DNA of 64,000 nt from Armatimonadota bacterium. Lineage in GTDB: Bacteria > Armatimonadota > SYMT01. Positions 16,975 to 26,737 of this stretch are shown here, in pieces (the first letter of the stretch is position 1; each line of letters begins with the position of its first letter). The notes under the pieces were generated by a model. That model was not told the DNA's origin, did no database searches, and saw only the letters and a list, made by a program, of their open reading frames with translations. The DNA is taken from NCBI GenBank assembly GCA_041690135.1, contig JAWLHY010000005.1, positions 275,261 through 339,260 of the forward strand. The letters are read 5' to 3'. The translations under genes and the position numbers were made by a program.

Positions 16975-18157
16975 TCTTCCGGGTTCCGAAGCGATGCGGG
17001 TCCAGTGGGCCGATGGGATAGAGGGTGTGACCCCGCGTGAGGAGGTCCGCGACAATCTTGCCGGTGACGGCGGAGAGGAGTAGGCCATTGCGGAAGTGAC
17101 CGGCGGCAATGACGTGACGGTCGTGCGGGCCGCAGAAGCCGACCAGCGGCAGGCCGTCCGGCGTGTGCGGCCGGAACCGCACCCACGAATGCGTCAGCGG
17201 TACTCCGCGGAGGGTCGGGACCAGGGCCTGGGTGTCTTCCCAGATCTCGTTGCACGTGGTGTCCGAAGGCTCCCCCTCAAAGCCGGTGAACTCCACCGTG
17301 CCGCCGCTGATGATGTTGCCTCCGGCAGTCTGCAGCAGTCCGAAGCGGCTCATGATCGCGTGCCTCACCCGTGGTGGCTGCGGAGCGGTGGCTACGAGTT
17401 GTCCCTTCGCCGGTTCGATCGGGATCGAGAGGCGCAGGAACTGCTCCCAATCGTGAGCCCAGGCGCCGGGCGTTACCACGAGGTGCGAGCAGGTGACCGT
17501 TCCCTGATCCGTGAATACGCGGGTGACGTGATCGACCTCCTCGATCCCGTGCACGGTCACCCCCGCACGGATGCGGACGTCATGCTCCTGAGCCCACCGG
17601 GCGAAGGCCGCCCCGAGGCGGGCCGGGTTGATATGCCCGTCCGCTTCATACCGGGCCGCGCCGTACACCTGCTCCGGAGCCAATTCGGGCTCCAGGCGGC
17701 ACGTCTCTTCGGGAGAGAGCCACTCGATGCCGAGGCCCTCGCTCCGACGACGCTCCGTATCCGCGCGCAGGTGTTCCGCCTCCGCGGACGACCGGGCCAG
17801 CACCATTACTCCGTTCCGGCGATACTCCAGCGCTTCCGCCTCCGCCAATCCGGCGATGAGTTGCTGGCTGATGCGGCCGAGTTCATAAAAGGTCCCGCTG
17901 CCGGGCGCCTGCTGTCCGGGCCACAGGCCGCCGCCGTTGGCGCCGGAGGCTTCGGAGAGAAGATCGCCCCGCTCCAGCAGCAGCACCCCCTCCAGATCCG
18001 CCAGCCCGAGGTAGTAGGCGCAGGCCAGACCGACGATTCCACCGCCCACAATCACCACCCGGGCTTGCTCCCGCAACTCCCCCCGGATCCTCCCGCCGGG
18101 CGGGACGAAGTCGGTTTCGGAGACCGTATCCAACCAGTAAGGACGATGTGAGATCAC
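16967..18157 (-). CDS. FAD-dependent oxidoreductase (glycine/D-amino-acid oxidase family)
   Basis: VIVGGGIVG, ASGANGG, RPHTPDGLP, GHFRNGLLLS. Confidence 0.9.
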   Translation of the reverse strand: MISHRPYWLDTVSETDFVPPGGRIRGELREQARVVIVGGGIVGLACAYYLGLADLEGVLLLERGDLLSEASGANGGGLWPGQQAPGSGTFYELGRISQQLIAGLAEAEALEYRRNGVMVLARSSAEAEHLRADTERRRSEGLGIEWLSPEETCRLEPELAPEQVYGAARYEADGHINPARLGAAFARWAQEHDVRIRAGVTVHGIEEVDHVTRVFTDQGTVTCSHLVVTPGAWAHDWEQFLRLSIPIEPAKGQLVATAPQPPRVRHAIMSRFGLLQTAGGNIISGGTVEFTGFEGEPSDTTCNEIWEDTQALVPTLRGVPLTHSWVRFRPHTPDGLPLVGFCGPHDRHVIAAGHFRNGLLLSAVTGKIVADLLTRGHTLYPIGPLDPHRFGTRKND

Positions 18158-18351
18158 GCGGCAATCGCTCCTATCGGGAACCCTCGGTGGAACTGGGGGG
18201 TCCTGTCCACAGCCATCAGCGAGATTTAGCCTGAGTCCCGGCGACAGACCCCTTCCCCGCATCCGTAGAATTATGATTAGATGGGGTTAGTTTAGCCCCA
18301 CCTTTGGGACCCGCTACCCTTCGTCCTCACTCAAGCACCACACGGCCCCCC

Positions 18352-18873
18352 ATGCGAACCCCCAGCAGCCTCGATATCCGTCTCTTCGAGATGATCAATC
18401 GCCGGTACACCCATTCTTTCCTGGACTGGCTGTTGCCCGCCCTCACTCATCTGGGCCTCGGCGGCGTGCAACTGCCGGCGGTGGGCGTGGTGTGGTGGTT
18501 CAACCGGCATGCACCGGCGGGCCAAACGCTCTTGTGGACCACGCTGGTGGCGTTTCTGCTCTCCACGGCGTTCGTGCACCTCATCAAACGGCGGGTGAAG
18601 CGCCTGCGACCGGTGGCCCACACAGAGGTGCGCTTCCTGGCGCCGGTGACCAAGCACGGCTCGTTCCCGTCTGGCCATACCGCCACCACGTTCGCCCTGG
18701 CGACGATCCTGGCCTGGCACTTCCCGGCCTGGAGCGTCCCGATCTTTCTGCTCGCGGCCTTGATCGGCTACAGCCGCGTTTACGTGGGCGTTCATTTCCT
18801 TTCCGACGTGCTGGCCGCCGCGGTGATCGGGGTGGTCTCGGGGCTGATTACGCTCTTGCGGGTCCTCGCCTGA
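18352..18873 (+). CDS. PAP2 family phosphatase
   Basis: KRRVKRLRP, SFPSGH, SRVYVGVHFLSDV. Confidence 0.93.
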   Translation: MRTPSSLDIRLFEMINRRYTHSFLDWLLPALTHLGLGGVQLPAVGVVWWFNRHAPAGQTLLWTTLVAFLLSTAFVHLIKRRVKRLRPVAHTEVRFLAPVTKHGSFPSGHTATTFALATILAWHFPAWSVPIFLLAALIGYSRVYVGVHFLSDVLAAAVIGVVSGLITLLRVLA

Positions 18874-18900
18874 GCGACGCCAGGACAGTTTTTAACAACA

Positions 18901-18940
18901 AAACGGGGCGGGCCGCAAGCGGCTCGCCCCGTTGTTTTTT
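18901..18940. terminator. Bidirectional intrinsic terminator
   Basis: AACGGGGCGGGCCGC-AA-GCGGCTCGCCCCGTT followed by a T-run, with an A-run upstream, between convergent genes. Confidence 0.8.
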
Positions 18941-18973
18941 GATCAGCGCCAATGCCTGGCTTTTGGGCCGAAC

Positions 18974-19333
18974 TTATTCGTCGGCCTTCTTTTCTTCCGC
19001 ACCGGGAAGCTTGTCCGCCTTGATGAGCTCAATGTACTTGGTCTTCTTATCGGCGGCCTTCATCTCTTCGATCTTCTTGAGGGAAGCGGTCAACTCTTCG
19101 GGGCTGACGTTGACCTTGCCCAGCGCCTTCTCCAGATCCTTACCGTAGTGGTTGCGGATCTTGAAGTCGCCCGCCACGTGGCAGAGGCCGCACTTCGCCT
19201 TGGCAATATTGCTATCGGGCTTGACGTTGTAGTTCTTGCCGAAGGCGCCCACGTAAGGCGGGCGGGCCGAGGCAATGCCCGGAAGGAGAGCGATGGTCGC
19301 CAGCGCGGCGATACCGGTAATGAACTTGCGCAT
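18974..19333 (-). CDS. Small secreted c-type cytochrome
   Basis: Sec signal peptide ending ASA; single CGLCH heme motif; Lys-rich. Confidence 0.8.
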   Translation of the reverse strand: MRKFITGIAALATIALLPGIASARPPYVGAFGKNYNVKPDSNIAKAKCGLCHVAGDFKIRNHYGKDLEKALGKVNVSPEELTASLKKIEEMKAADKKTKYIELIKADKLPGAEEKKADE

Positions 19334-19654
19334 GACCTAACTCCGGAGACGGTCCAGGCAGCCAACGCAGGGTGGCATCCTGGCGCCTTATACGATGTGG
19401 TGGGTCGGACGATCCGCTTCAGCCGGGTGCGCGAGTTGCGGCGGCTGCCGGTAGTCTATCCATCACGTAGATTATCGTCATCGGGCGTCGCTTCCTCCTG
19501 GCGCACAAGGCCTCGAATTTTCGGACCGCCGGATTCAACCCGATTCCAGATTCCGGGTGGGGCACGCCGACAAGAATCCTGAATCGAGGGACCGCCCGGT
19601 CCCCGGCCCCCTTGAGAGGGGCGAGCGGGCGGTCCCGGCAGGAGTAAAACGAAC

Positions 19655-19885
19655 ATGCCCACCACAGCCGCCCCTCCGGTCTGCGCCGTTTGCCGCGACC
19701 GCTTCAGCATCGACACGCGCGATTGCTGTGGACGTTGTAACCGCCTGGTCTGCCGCGCCTGCAGCCGCATGCGCGGGCGTTCCCACGAAAGCGTCCTCTG
19801 CGTCGAATGCGCGGGCTCTCCCAAGCCCAGGGGGTTCCAGCGCACCCCCATCTACCGCTCGTGGAAGCGCCTCCTCGCCGGCTAA
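19655..19885 (+). CDS. Small zinc-finger protein (FYVE-like Cys spacing)
   Basis: AGGAG RBS; CAVC...CCGRC..VCRAC...LCVEC. Confidence 0.75.
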   Translation: MPTTAAPPVCAVCRDRFSIDTRDCCGRCNRLVCRACSRMRGRSHESVLCVECAGSPKPRGFQRTPIYRSWKRLLAG

Positions 19886-20223
19886 GGAGCCTTTTTACCA
19901 CGGAGCACACAGAGAACACGGAGAGAAGAGAGACGGGTGAGGCCAACGCCTCGTGGTCGTACTGCGCCCGGAAGGTAGCAGAGGGGCTCGTCCCCGTTGG
20001 TCACGGTACGAGCATGCCGTGAGAAATGCCTCCCTCTGGTACCTGATAGCCCGTCAAGGCCACGGCACGCGCCCGCAGTGTCCCGCTTGACCAGCGTTCA
20101 CGGCCAGGCTGGTCGTGGTCATGCAATATCCCGACGCCAAAACGTGCCGGTTTCGATCACGGAAGCTGCGGTAGTCTCGGCGCATTCCGGTGAGTCGAAT
20201 AAGTGCCTGCGAGTGGGGTGTCA

Positions 20224-20997
20224 TCATCCCGGCTCATACACACGGCTGAAAAGCTCCCCGGCGGGGACGGGTAGCACCATGTCGGCTTCGTGGGAAAGGT
20301 AGGAGGGCTCCGGGTTGATCTCTACGACCCGGGCGCCTGCCTCGCGGGCCAGGCTCGTAATGCCGTAGCCCCCACTCACGGCGCCAGAGGTTCCGATCAC
20401 CAGCAGGAGGTTGGAACTGTCGCGCGTTGAAGCTCTGGGGATTCGGTCGAAAAAGGCGTAGATCCGGTCCAGGTGCTCCGGGTTGAGGTACTCGCCGAAC
20501 CAGACGACGTTCGGCCGGAGCAATCCACCGCACTGGCAGTGGGGCAGGTCTCCTTGATCGATGTCGGCTCGGGAGACGGGTGCGGCCAGAGTCTCGACCT
20601 GCTCGCAGCGGACACAACGCGTCTCCATCAAACTACCGTGGATCTTGACCATCTTCCGGCTGCCGGCGCGCTCGTGGAGGTTATCGACGTTCTGGGTGAC
20701 CAGGAGGAAGTCGTCGCATCCTTGCTCCAACCGCGCCAGGGCAAAGTGCGCAGGGTTCGGCTCCACCTGTCCCAACGCCTCCTGCCGCATCGCATAGAAG
20801 CGCCAGACCATCTGGGGGTCGCGCCGGAACGCCGCGGGCGTGGCGACATCCTCCACCTGGTGCCCTTCCCACAGGCCTCCGCCCCCGCGGAACGTGGGCA
20901 GGCCGCTCTCCGCCGAGATGCCCGCCCCGCAAAATGCCATCACCCGCCGCGCCTCGCGAAGCCACCCCGCAAAGCGTGCTTCAAGATCTGTGGGCAC
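20224..20997 (-). CDS. cobB: NAD-dependent protein deacylase (sirtuin)
   Basis: GAGISAESGLPTFRG, TQNVDNLHERAG, HGSL, CxxC..CxC zinc site, LRPNVVWFGE, IGTS. Confidence 0.93.
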   Translation of the reverse strand: MPTDLEARFAGWLREARRVMAFCGAGISAESGLPTFRGGGGLWEGHQVEDVATPAAFRRDPQMVWRFYAMRQEALGQVEPNPAHFALARLEQGCDDFLLVTQNVDNLHERAGSRKMVKIHGSLMETRCVRCEQVETLAAPVSRADIDQGDLPHCQCGGLLRPNVVWFGEYLNPEHLDRIYAFFDRIPRASTRDSSNLLLVIGTSGAVSGGYGITSLAREAGARVVEINPEPSYLSHEADMVLPVPAGELFSRVYEPG

Positions 20998-21321
20998 CTT
21001 AAACTCCGAAAAGCTACTTTGCCTGCAACCCGGCTGGCAGGTCAAAGGATGACTGGCTGCCGGTGGTGCAGTTCCGCACGGTCAGCACGAGCCGAGATCA
21101 CACGGCGCGATGGGTACAAGCCCAAGACCTGGCGGCGACGGAGCGATCCGCCCTACGTCGGTGCATAATCGCAGGTTACTCCGTTCACCGGGAGCACCCC
21201 CCCAACGAATTCTGCGTAGAGCGAGCACAGTCAAGGGGCCTTCCCTTCTCGTCCCGCTCTCCGTGTGCCCTCAGCGTCTGGGGTGCCCTCTGGGCCATCT
21301 CCGTGGTGAGAGTGCGGAAAG

Positions 21322-22296
21322 TCACGGGTTGCGTTCGAGCACCAGCGCGGCGGCGCCCATAACCCCGGCGCTGTCACCTAGTTGGGCGGGGACGATCTCG
21401 GCGGTCCGGCGCTGGAGCGGCACGGCGCGGCTGGCGACCGTACGGCGGATGGGCGCGAGGAGTAACTCTCCGGCCTGCGCGATACCCCCGCCGATGACGA
21501 ACCGCTCCGGGTTGAGCATGTTGATCAGGTTGGAGACCCCCACCCCGATGTAGAACCCGATCTCGTCCAGGACTTCCTGCGCGACCGCGTCCCCTTCGCC
21601 GGCGGCCCGGCTGACCAACTCGGGCGTGACCTCTTCCCGCGGCGCCATCTCTCGCAAAAGCGAGGCGCGCCCCGACTGGAGTTTCCGGTCGGCGAGCTCG
21701 ATGATCGCGTCGCGGGCGCACATCGCCTCCCAGCAGCCGAAGTTGCCGCACCCGCAGCGCCGACCGGCCGGATCGATGGTGTGATGCCCCACCTCTCCGA
21801 TCGAGCCGTTCGGCCCCATCAGCAGCTTGCCGTCCACGATAAAGGCGCCCCCGATACCGGTGCCGAGCGTGATCATCACCATGTTCCGGACGTCGATCGC
21901 GGCGCCGTAGATGAACTCACCCAGGGCCGCGCATTTGGCGTCGTTCAGGATCCAGGCCGGCACCCCGAGTTGCTGGCCGACGGACGGGCCCACGGGTACA
22001 TCTTTCCAGTGCTCGAAGTTGGGGGACCAGAAGCAGATGCCGGTATTGCTGTCCATAATGCCCGGCAGTCCGATCCCGACCCCGCGGATCGCCTCGATCC
22101 CGACCCCGCGCGCCTTCATCGCCTCACGGCAGGCCGCCACGATCTGGGCCAGGGTGATATCCGGGGCCTGGTCCTGGAGCGACGGGCGCCGGGCCTGGGA
22201 GACAATCTTCCCCTCGGGCGTGATGAGCGCGGCGCGGACGTTGGTTCCCCCCAGGTCGACGCCGATTACGTAGGACGGTGCTGCTTGGTGTGGCAT
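21322..22296 (-). CDS. ROK family sugar kinase (glucokinase-like)
   Basis: GVDLGGTN, NDA, TLGTGIGG, GEVGH, CGCGNFGCWE. Confidence 0.92.
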   Translation of the reverse strand: MPHQAAPSYVIGVDLGGTNVRAALITPEGKIVSQARRPSLQDQAPDITLAQIVAACREAMKARGVGIEAIRGVGIGLPGIMDSNTGICFWSPNFEHWKDVPVGPSVGQQLGVPAWILNDAKCAALGEFIYGAAIDVRNMVMITLGTGIGGAFIVDGKLLMGPNGSIGEVGHHTIDPAGRRCGCGNFGCWEAMCARDAIIELADRKLQSGRASLLREMAPREEVTPELVSRAAGEGDAVAQEVLDEIGFYIGVGVSNLINMLNPERFVIGGGIAQAGELLLAPIRRTVASRAVPLQRRTAEIVPAQLGDSAGVMGAAALVLERNP

Positions 22297-22499
22297 GGAC
22301 TGCTTGTTTGCGGCCGGAAGGGCATGCCGGAATCACCCTCGACGGGCACCGGCGCCCACGGCATCCCTGCAAAATGTATCGCTTTGGCTCACTTCTGGGC
22401 CAGAGTTGGAACCACCTGACCCGCTCCGGAGGGGGTATACTGTAGCGGCTGATGATGAGGGCCTGGAGACGAAGGCCCAGGCTACGGAAGGGAAGCAAG

Positions 22500-22952
22500 A
22501 TGTTCGAGAAGATACTGCTGCCTACGGATGGATCGCGCCACTCGGCGGAGGCCGCCCGGATCGCGGCGGAAGTGGCGAAGAAACACGGCGGCACGGTTCA
22601 TCCCCTCGTTACGGTGGAGTACGGGCACCTGGTGGGCGGCGGACTGTCCGAGGATGTGATCAACGCCGTGCACGACCGCATCCAGGCGCGGGCCCAGCAG
22701 GCGCTGGAAGCGGCGAATGCGGCCATCCAGGAGGCGGGAGCCAACACCTCCGGCGGCAAAGTGCTGGAGGGTCCGGCGCCCAACACCATCGTCCAGGAAG
22801 CGGAAGACGGCGAATACGGCCTGATCGTAATGGGCAGCCGTGGTGTAAGCGAGGAGCACGGCCACGAGCGGCTCATCGGCAGCGTGACGGAGCGGGTGCT
22901 GCATCGCGCGCCCTGCCCGGTGCTGGTGATCCGCGCCGAACCGCGCCCGTAG
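22500..22952 (+). CDS. Universal stress protein
   Basis: ILLPTDGS, LIVMGSRG, GSVTERVLHRAPCPVLV. Confidence 0.95.
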   Translation: MFEKILLPTDGSRHSAEAARIAAEVAKKHGGTVHPLVTVEYGHLVGGGLSEDVINAVHDRIQARAQQALEAANAAIQEAGANTSGGKVLEGPAPNTIVQEAEDGEYGLIVMGSRGVSEEHGHERLIGSVTERVLHRAPCPVLVIRAEPRP

Positions 22953-23318
22953 TCAATCCGAGGACAACAAATCCTTTGGGCTAGGCGAGTAAACTCACGC
23001 CTGCACCAAGCGAAGCCTGCACCCCCTAGGGGTGTAAACCAGCGCAGGCCAAGCAAGCCTGAAGGTTTTGGGGATCCATTCACTGGCCGAGACCCCCAGG
23101 TTGTCGTGGGACGCAACCTACCGCCTCTTCTTTCGTTCCAGATTCTGGAGAGCCAGTAACGGACGGAAGAGGAGGCGGTTATGGTTTCAGTGCATCGTCT
23201 CCGACTTCTGCGCCGGCCAAGGTACAGGATGCGATCCCGGTTACCAAGTTAGCTTCAGTCCGCAGGACTGGCAGGGTACAGGTTGCTGTCCTGGTCATCG
23301 GGATGGGATCAGGGACCT

Positions 23319-23443
23319 TGCCCGGAGTCCCCGAGATATCGGGGCCTCGCAGAAGGCCATTGAGATCCGTCCCGCCCCTGACAGGTATCGGTGGGGGTTC
23401 CCGAAGTGAGCTCACTGCCGAGATATCTCTCGGACTCTGGGCA
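23319..23443 (+). repeat. ~125-bp dispersed structured element, copy 1
   Basis: Terminal inverted repeats TGCCCGGAGTCC / GGACTCTGGGCA; end-to-end homology with the reverse complement of 60522-60647. Confidence 0.85.
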
Positions 23444-23667
23444 CAATCCATACGCACTGTCGTGTTGGCAAAGGGTAGTCGGCGGCCCGATGTTGGGTGG
23501 CCCCGGTATTCCGCGCCGATCCGTCCCATCCGTGTCCTCCGTGTCGAAAAGACTGGCTCATGCGGAACGGATCTCCCTTTGGACCAGACCTCACGCATTA
23601 CGCATTACGCATCACGGCACCATTGCCCGAGCGCTAGGCCCTGGACTCCCACTCGCAAGCGGCACGA

Positions 23668-24723
23668 TCACCGCTTGAGAAGCTCCCTTAACTCGGGATC
23701 CTGGCTGAATTTCCAGATCCGGCCGTCCACGTAGTAGTGCCAGATGACAAGCATCGTGAACGGGACGAACAGCCAGGACCAGCCGGGGCGCATCAGGCCC
23801 AGCGTCTCGATGGCGCCGACGCAGATCCCGTAGGCCAGCGCGGCCAGGCCCCACTTGAGGACCACGTTCCTGATCTGGAACCGCTTCCGCTGGTAGTGGG
23901 TGATCCAGCCCTGGTACTGGATGTCGTGGTAGGCCGTCTCCAGCGCCTCCGCCACGAGGAAGGGGGTCGCGGTGGCGAAGAAGACGAACCAGTGGGTCGT
24001 CAGGGCCGCGCCCATCAGCAGCAGCTTGGGGGTGTTGACCCGCCGGCCCGTGGCGACGAGCCACACCTGACGGAAGCCCAGCGCCACCAGGCTGCTCAGG
24101 AACACGAGCCAGAGGAGCTCTCCCGCCCCGGCGGGGAGGTCCGGGAAACGGACCTTGAGATCGCCGTAGATCTGGATCGGCTCCCGCAGGTCGGCGTAGT
24201 CGTTGAGCAGGCAGGCGAAGGCGCCGGTGTAGAAGGTGGTGAAGTCGAGCCAGTTGTCGAGGGGGGCCTTGTCGCCGTTCAGGCTCTTGTAAATCCGTAG
24301 GAAGCCGGCGTGCTGGCGGATGATGTGCCAGGTGCCGTAGATCGCCGCGAAGACGATCAACTCCGCTTCCCACTTCAGCAGCGCAACCCCCACCCCGGCG
24401 ATCAGGAAGGCGGCGAGACCCCAGGTGTGCAGTGCCTTCCGCCGCTGGAACTCCTCCCGGTCGCCGTGGGTCCGCGCGAAGGTCTGGAAGATGTGCGGGT
24501 GGTCGAAGAAGGCGGTGAAGACGAAGTAGGTGACCAGGATCCGGTCGCCTCCCAGGAACCACCCCATCTTCCCCGCGCCGAGGTACAGGGCGTAGAAGAG
24601 GAACGTGAACGCGCAGCTTCCGATGAAGAAGAACAGGTCGTAGCGCGGGCTCACGATCCACCGCAGAGGGGGATGTTCCGTAGCCGCTGCCCTATTCTCC
24701 AGCCGGATCGCCTCAGCGCTCAC
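23668..24723 (-). CDS. Multi-pass membrane protein with His boxes
   Basis: About 9 TM segments; DHPHIFQT, WHIIRQ, YHDIQY, WHYYVD. Confidence 0.8.
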   Translation of the reverse strand: MSAEAIRLENRAAATEHPPLRWIVSPRYDLFFFIGSCAFTFLFYALYLGAGKMGWFLGGDRILVTYFVFTAFFDHPHIFQTFARTHGDREEFQRRKALHTWGLAAFLIAGVGVALLKWEAELIVFAAIYGTWHIIRQHAGFLRIYKSLNGDKAPLDNWLDFTTFYTGAFACLLNDYADLREPIQIYGDLKVRFPDLPAGAGELLWLVFLSSLVALGFRQVWLVATGRRVNTPKLLLMGAALTTHWFVFFATATPFLVAEALETAYHDIQYQGWITHYQRKRFQIRNVVLKWGLAALAYGICVGAIETLGLMRPGWSWLFVPFTMLVIWHYYVDGRIWKFSQDPELRELLKR

Positions 24724-25145
24724 GGGTAACTCCTATTGGTTGGGACCGATTGAACCACGAAGACACGAAGGACACGAAGTTGGGGTTGGATCAACCACGA
24801 AGATTTACGCCCCACCGGGGTGCACGAAGGGCACGAAGAAGCAAGGGGGTGTTGTCGTACGAGAATTGGTGAATGCGTCAACCTAGAGCGGCACCGGCCG
24901 TGGAGACTTTGGTGCACCGAATGGGCGCAGCGCGGCAGGACGCCGCTGGCCGTGTTTAGGAGTCGGTGCGGTGGACGATGTGTGCGTACCGTGACCAACG
25001 GGGACAAGCCCCTCTGCTACCCTCGCGGTCGCCAGCAAGATCCTCTAACACGAGTTTCGTCGGTGTCATCTCCCGGTGCACTCCTTCCTCTCCCCTCCTC
25101 TCCGTGTCCAACTCCGTGTCTCTGTGTCTCCGTGGTGAGAGAAAC

Positions 25146-26726
25146 CTACGGGCCGTCCCAGCGGTTGGCGCCGTCGAGATAGTACCGGAGGATCCTCGGG
25201 TGGTCGACGGTGGAGACTTCCACCGGCAGCTCACCGGTATCGCCGTCGAACACGGGCAGCACGCGCAGCAGGTCCGGGGTGAGATAGCGTAGGCCTGCGG
25301 GGAGACGCGTGCCGTCCAGCTTGAGCGGGCGCTCGGCGGCCAGGACGAAGCCCCAGTCCCCGAAGCTGGGAACGTAGGTGTGGACCGGCAAGGTGTCGAA
25401 CCCGGCCTTCCGCACGCTGCGGGCGATGCACCAGAACGCCTCGCGGGAGAAGAACGGCGAGCTGGATTGCGTGACGAAGACCCCGCCGGGGCTCAAGTGG
25501 CGGCGCGCAAGGCGGTAGAACTCCACCGAATACAGTTTGGCCAGCGCGTCGCCGTTCGGATCGGGAAGGTCCGCGATGATCACGCCGTACCGGTCGGAGG
25601 TCCGTTCCAGGAAGGCGTGGGCGTCCGTGTTCACCACCCGCACGCGCGGGTCTTCCAGCACCTCCCGGTTGAGCTCTCGCAGCGCCGGAAAAGTCTTCCC
25701 CAGGCGCGTCATCTCCGGGTCTAGGTCGACCAGGGTGACCCGGCGAACCTCCGGCCAGCGCAAGACCTCCCGCACACCCAGCCCGTCTCCCCCACCCAGA
25801 AGCAGTACCTCCTCGCGGTTGGCGGCGAGGCCCATCGCAGGGTGGACCAGCACCTCGTGGTAGCGGTACTCGTCCGTCGAGGAGAACTGGAGGTTGCCGT
25901 CGAGGAACAGGCGGAGGTCGTCGCGCCAGCGCGTGAAGACGATCCGCTGGTAACTGCTCTGCTGGGTGTAGATCACTTCATCGTCGTAGAGGCGGCGCTC
26001 CAGCAGGCTGTTGAGCCGGAGCGAGTTGAAGAAGCCGACCGCCAGCACCACGCCCACGATCCCACACACGGCGGGGGAAACCAGGCCCCGAGCCCGAATA
26101 CGGGGGCCGAAGAGGCGCACCACGTAGAAGGCCACCCCCACGTTGACCAGCCCGACCAGGAAAGCGCTCCGGGTGATACCCAGGGTCGGCAGGAGCAGGA
26201 GCGGGAACAGGACCGAGCCCACCAGGCAGCCCAGGTAGTCGAACGAAAGCGCCTGCGCCACAATCGTGCGGAGCTGGCCATAGCCTTCCAGCAGCCGGAC
26301 CAGGATCGGCAGCTCGATGCCGACGAGGGTGCCGATGAGGATCAGGAAGCCCAGCAGGGCGACCCAGTAGAGGCTGCCGTACGCATAGACCCAGTAAAGC
26401 GTCGCCGCGGAGATTCCGCCCACCAGGCCCAGCAGCAGCTCGAGGCCGACGAAAACCCGCAGCAGGTCGCGGGTGATTCGCTGCGAGAGCCAGGAGCCCA
26501 GGCCCATCGAACCGACGAACAACCCGACGGAAAGCGAGAACTGCGTAACGCTGCTGCCGAGCAGGTACGACGAAACGGTCGCGATCAGCAACTCGTAGAT
26601 GAGCCCGCAGGCCGCCACCAGGAAGATGGAGGCAAGTAAAACCAGCGCCTCCTCGCGGTCGAGGGTGGAGGCGCTGGCTTCCGATCGGGCCGGTACAGCA
26701 GAATCCGGGAGACTATCGGCGGACAA
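25146..26726 (-). CDS. speE: Membrane-anchored polyamine aminopropyltransferase (spermidine synthase-like)
   Basis: N-terminal TM domain (ACGLIYELL), then LFLDGNLQFSSTDEYRYHE, LLGGGDG, VDLD, DLPDP. Confidence 0.9.
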   Translation of the reverse strand: MSADSLPDSAVPARSEASASTLDREEALVLLASIFLVAACGLIYELLIATVSSYLLGSSVTQFSLSVGLFVGSMGLGSWLSQRITRDLLRVFVGLELLLGLVGGISAATLYWVYAYGSLYWVALLGFLILIGTLVGIELPILVRLLEGYGQLRTIVAQALSFDYLGCLVGSVLFPLLLLPTLGITRSAFLVGLVNVGVAFYVVRLFGPRIRARGLVSPAVCGIVGVVLAVGFFNSLRLNSLLERRLYDDEVIYTQQSSYQRIVFTRWRDDLRLFLDGNLQFSSTDEYRYHEVLVHPAMGLAANREEVLLLGGGDGLGVREVLRWPEVRRVTLVDLDPEMTRLGKTFPALRELNREVLEDPRVRVVNTDAHAFLERTSDRYGVIIADLPDPNGDALAKLYSVEFYRLARRHLSPGGVFVTQSSSPFFSREAFWCIARSVRKAGFDTLPVHTYVPSFGDWGFVLAAERPLKLDGTRLPAGLRYLTPDLLRVLPVFDGDTGELPVEVSTVDHPRILRYYLDGANRWDGP

Positions 26727-26737
26727 GGGTTTTTCGC

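Noticed and set aside
23098-23119. GGGACGCAA resembling a c-di-GMP-I riboswitch
   Set aside because: The upstream GGCAAAC/GAAA stem is missing; explained by the local hairpin AGGTTG/CAACCT.
23181-23252. 23-aa Arg-rich ORF after a GAGGAGG sequence
   Set aside because: No support beyond the RBS-like sequence.
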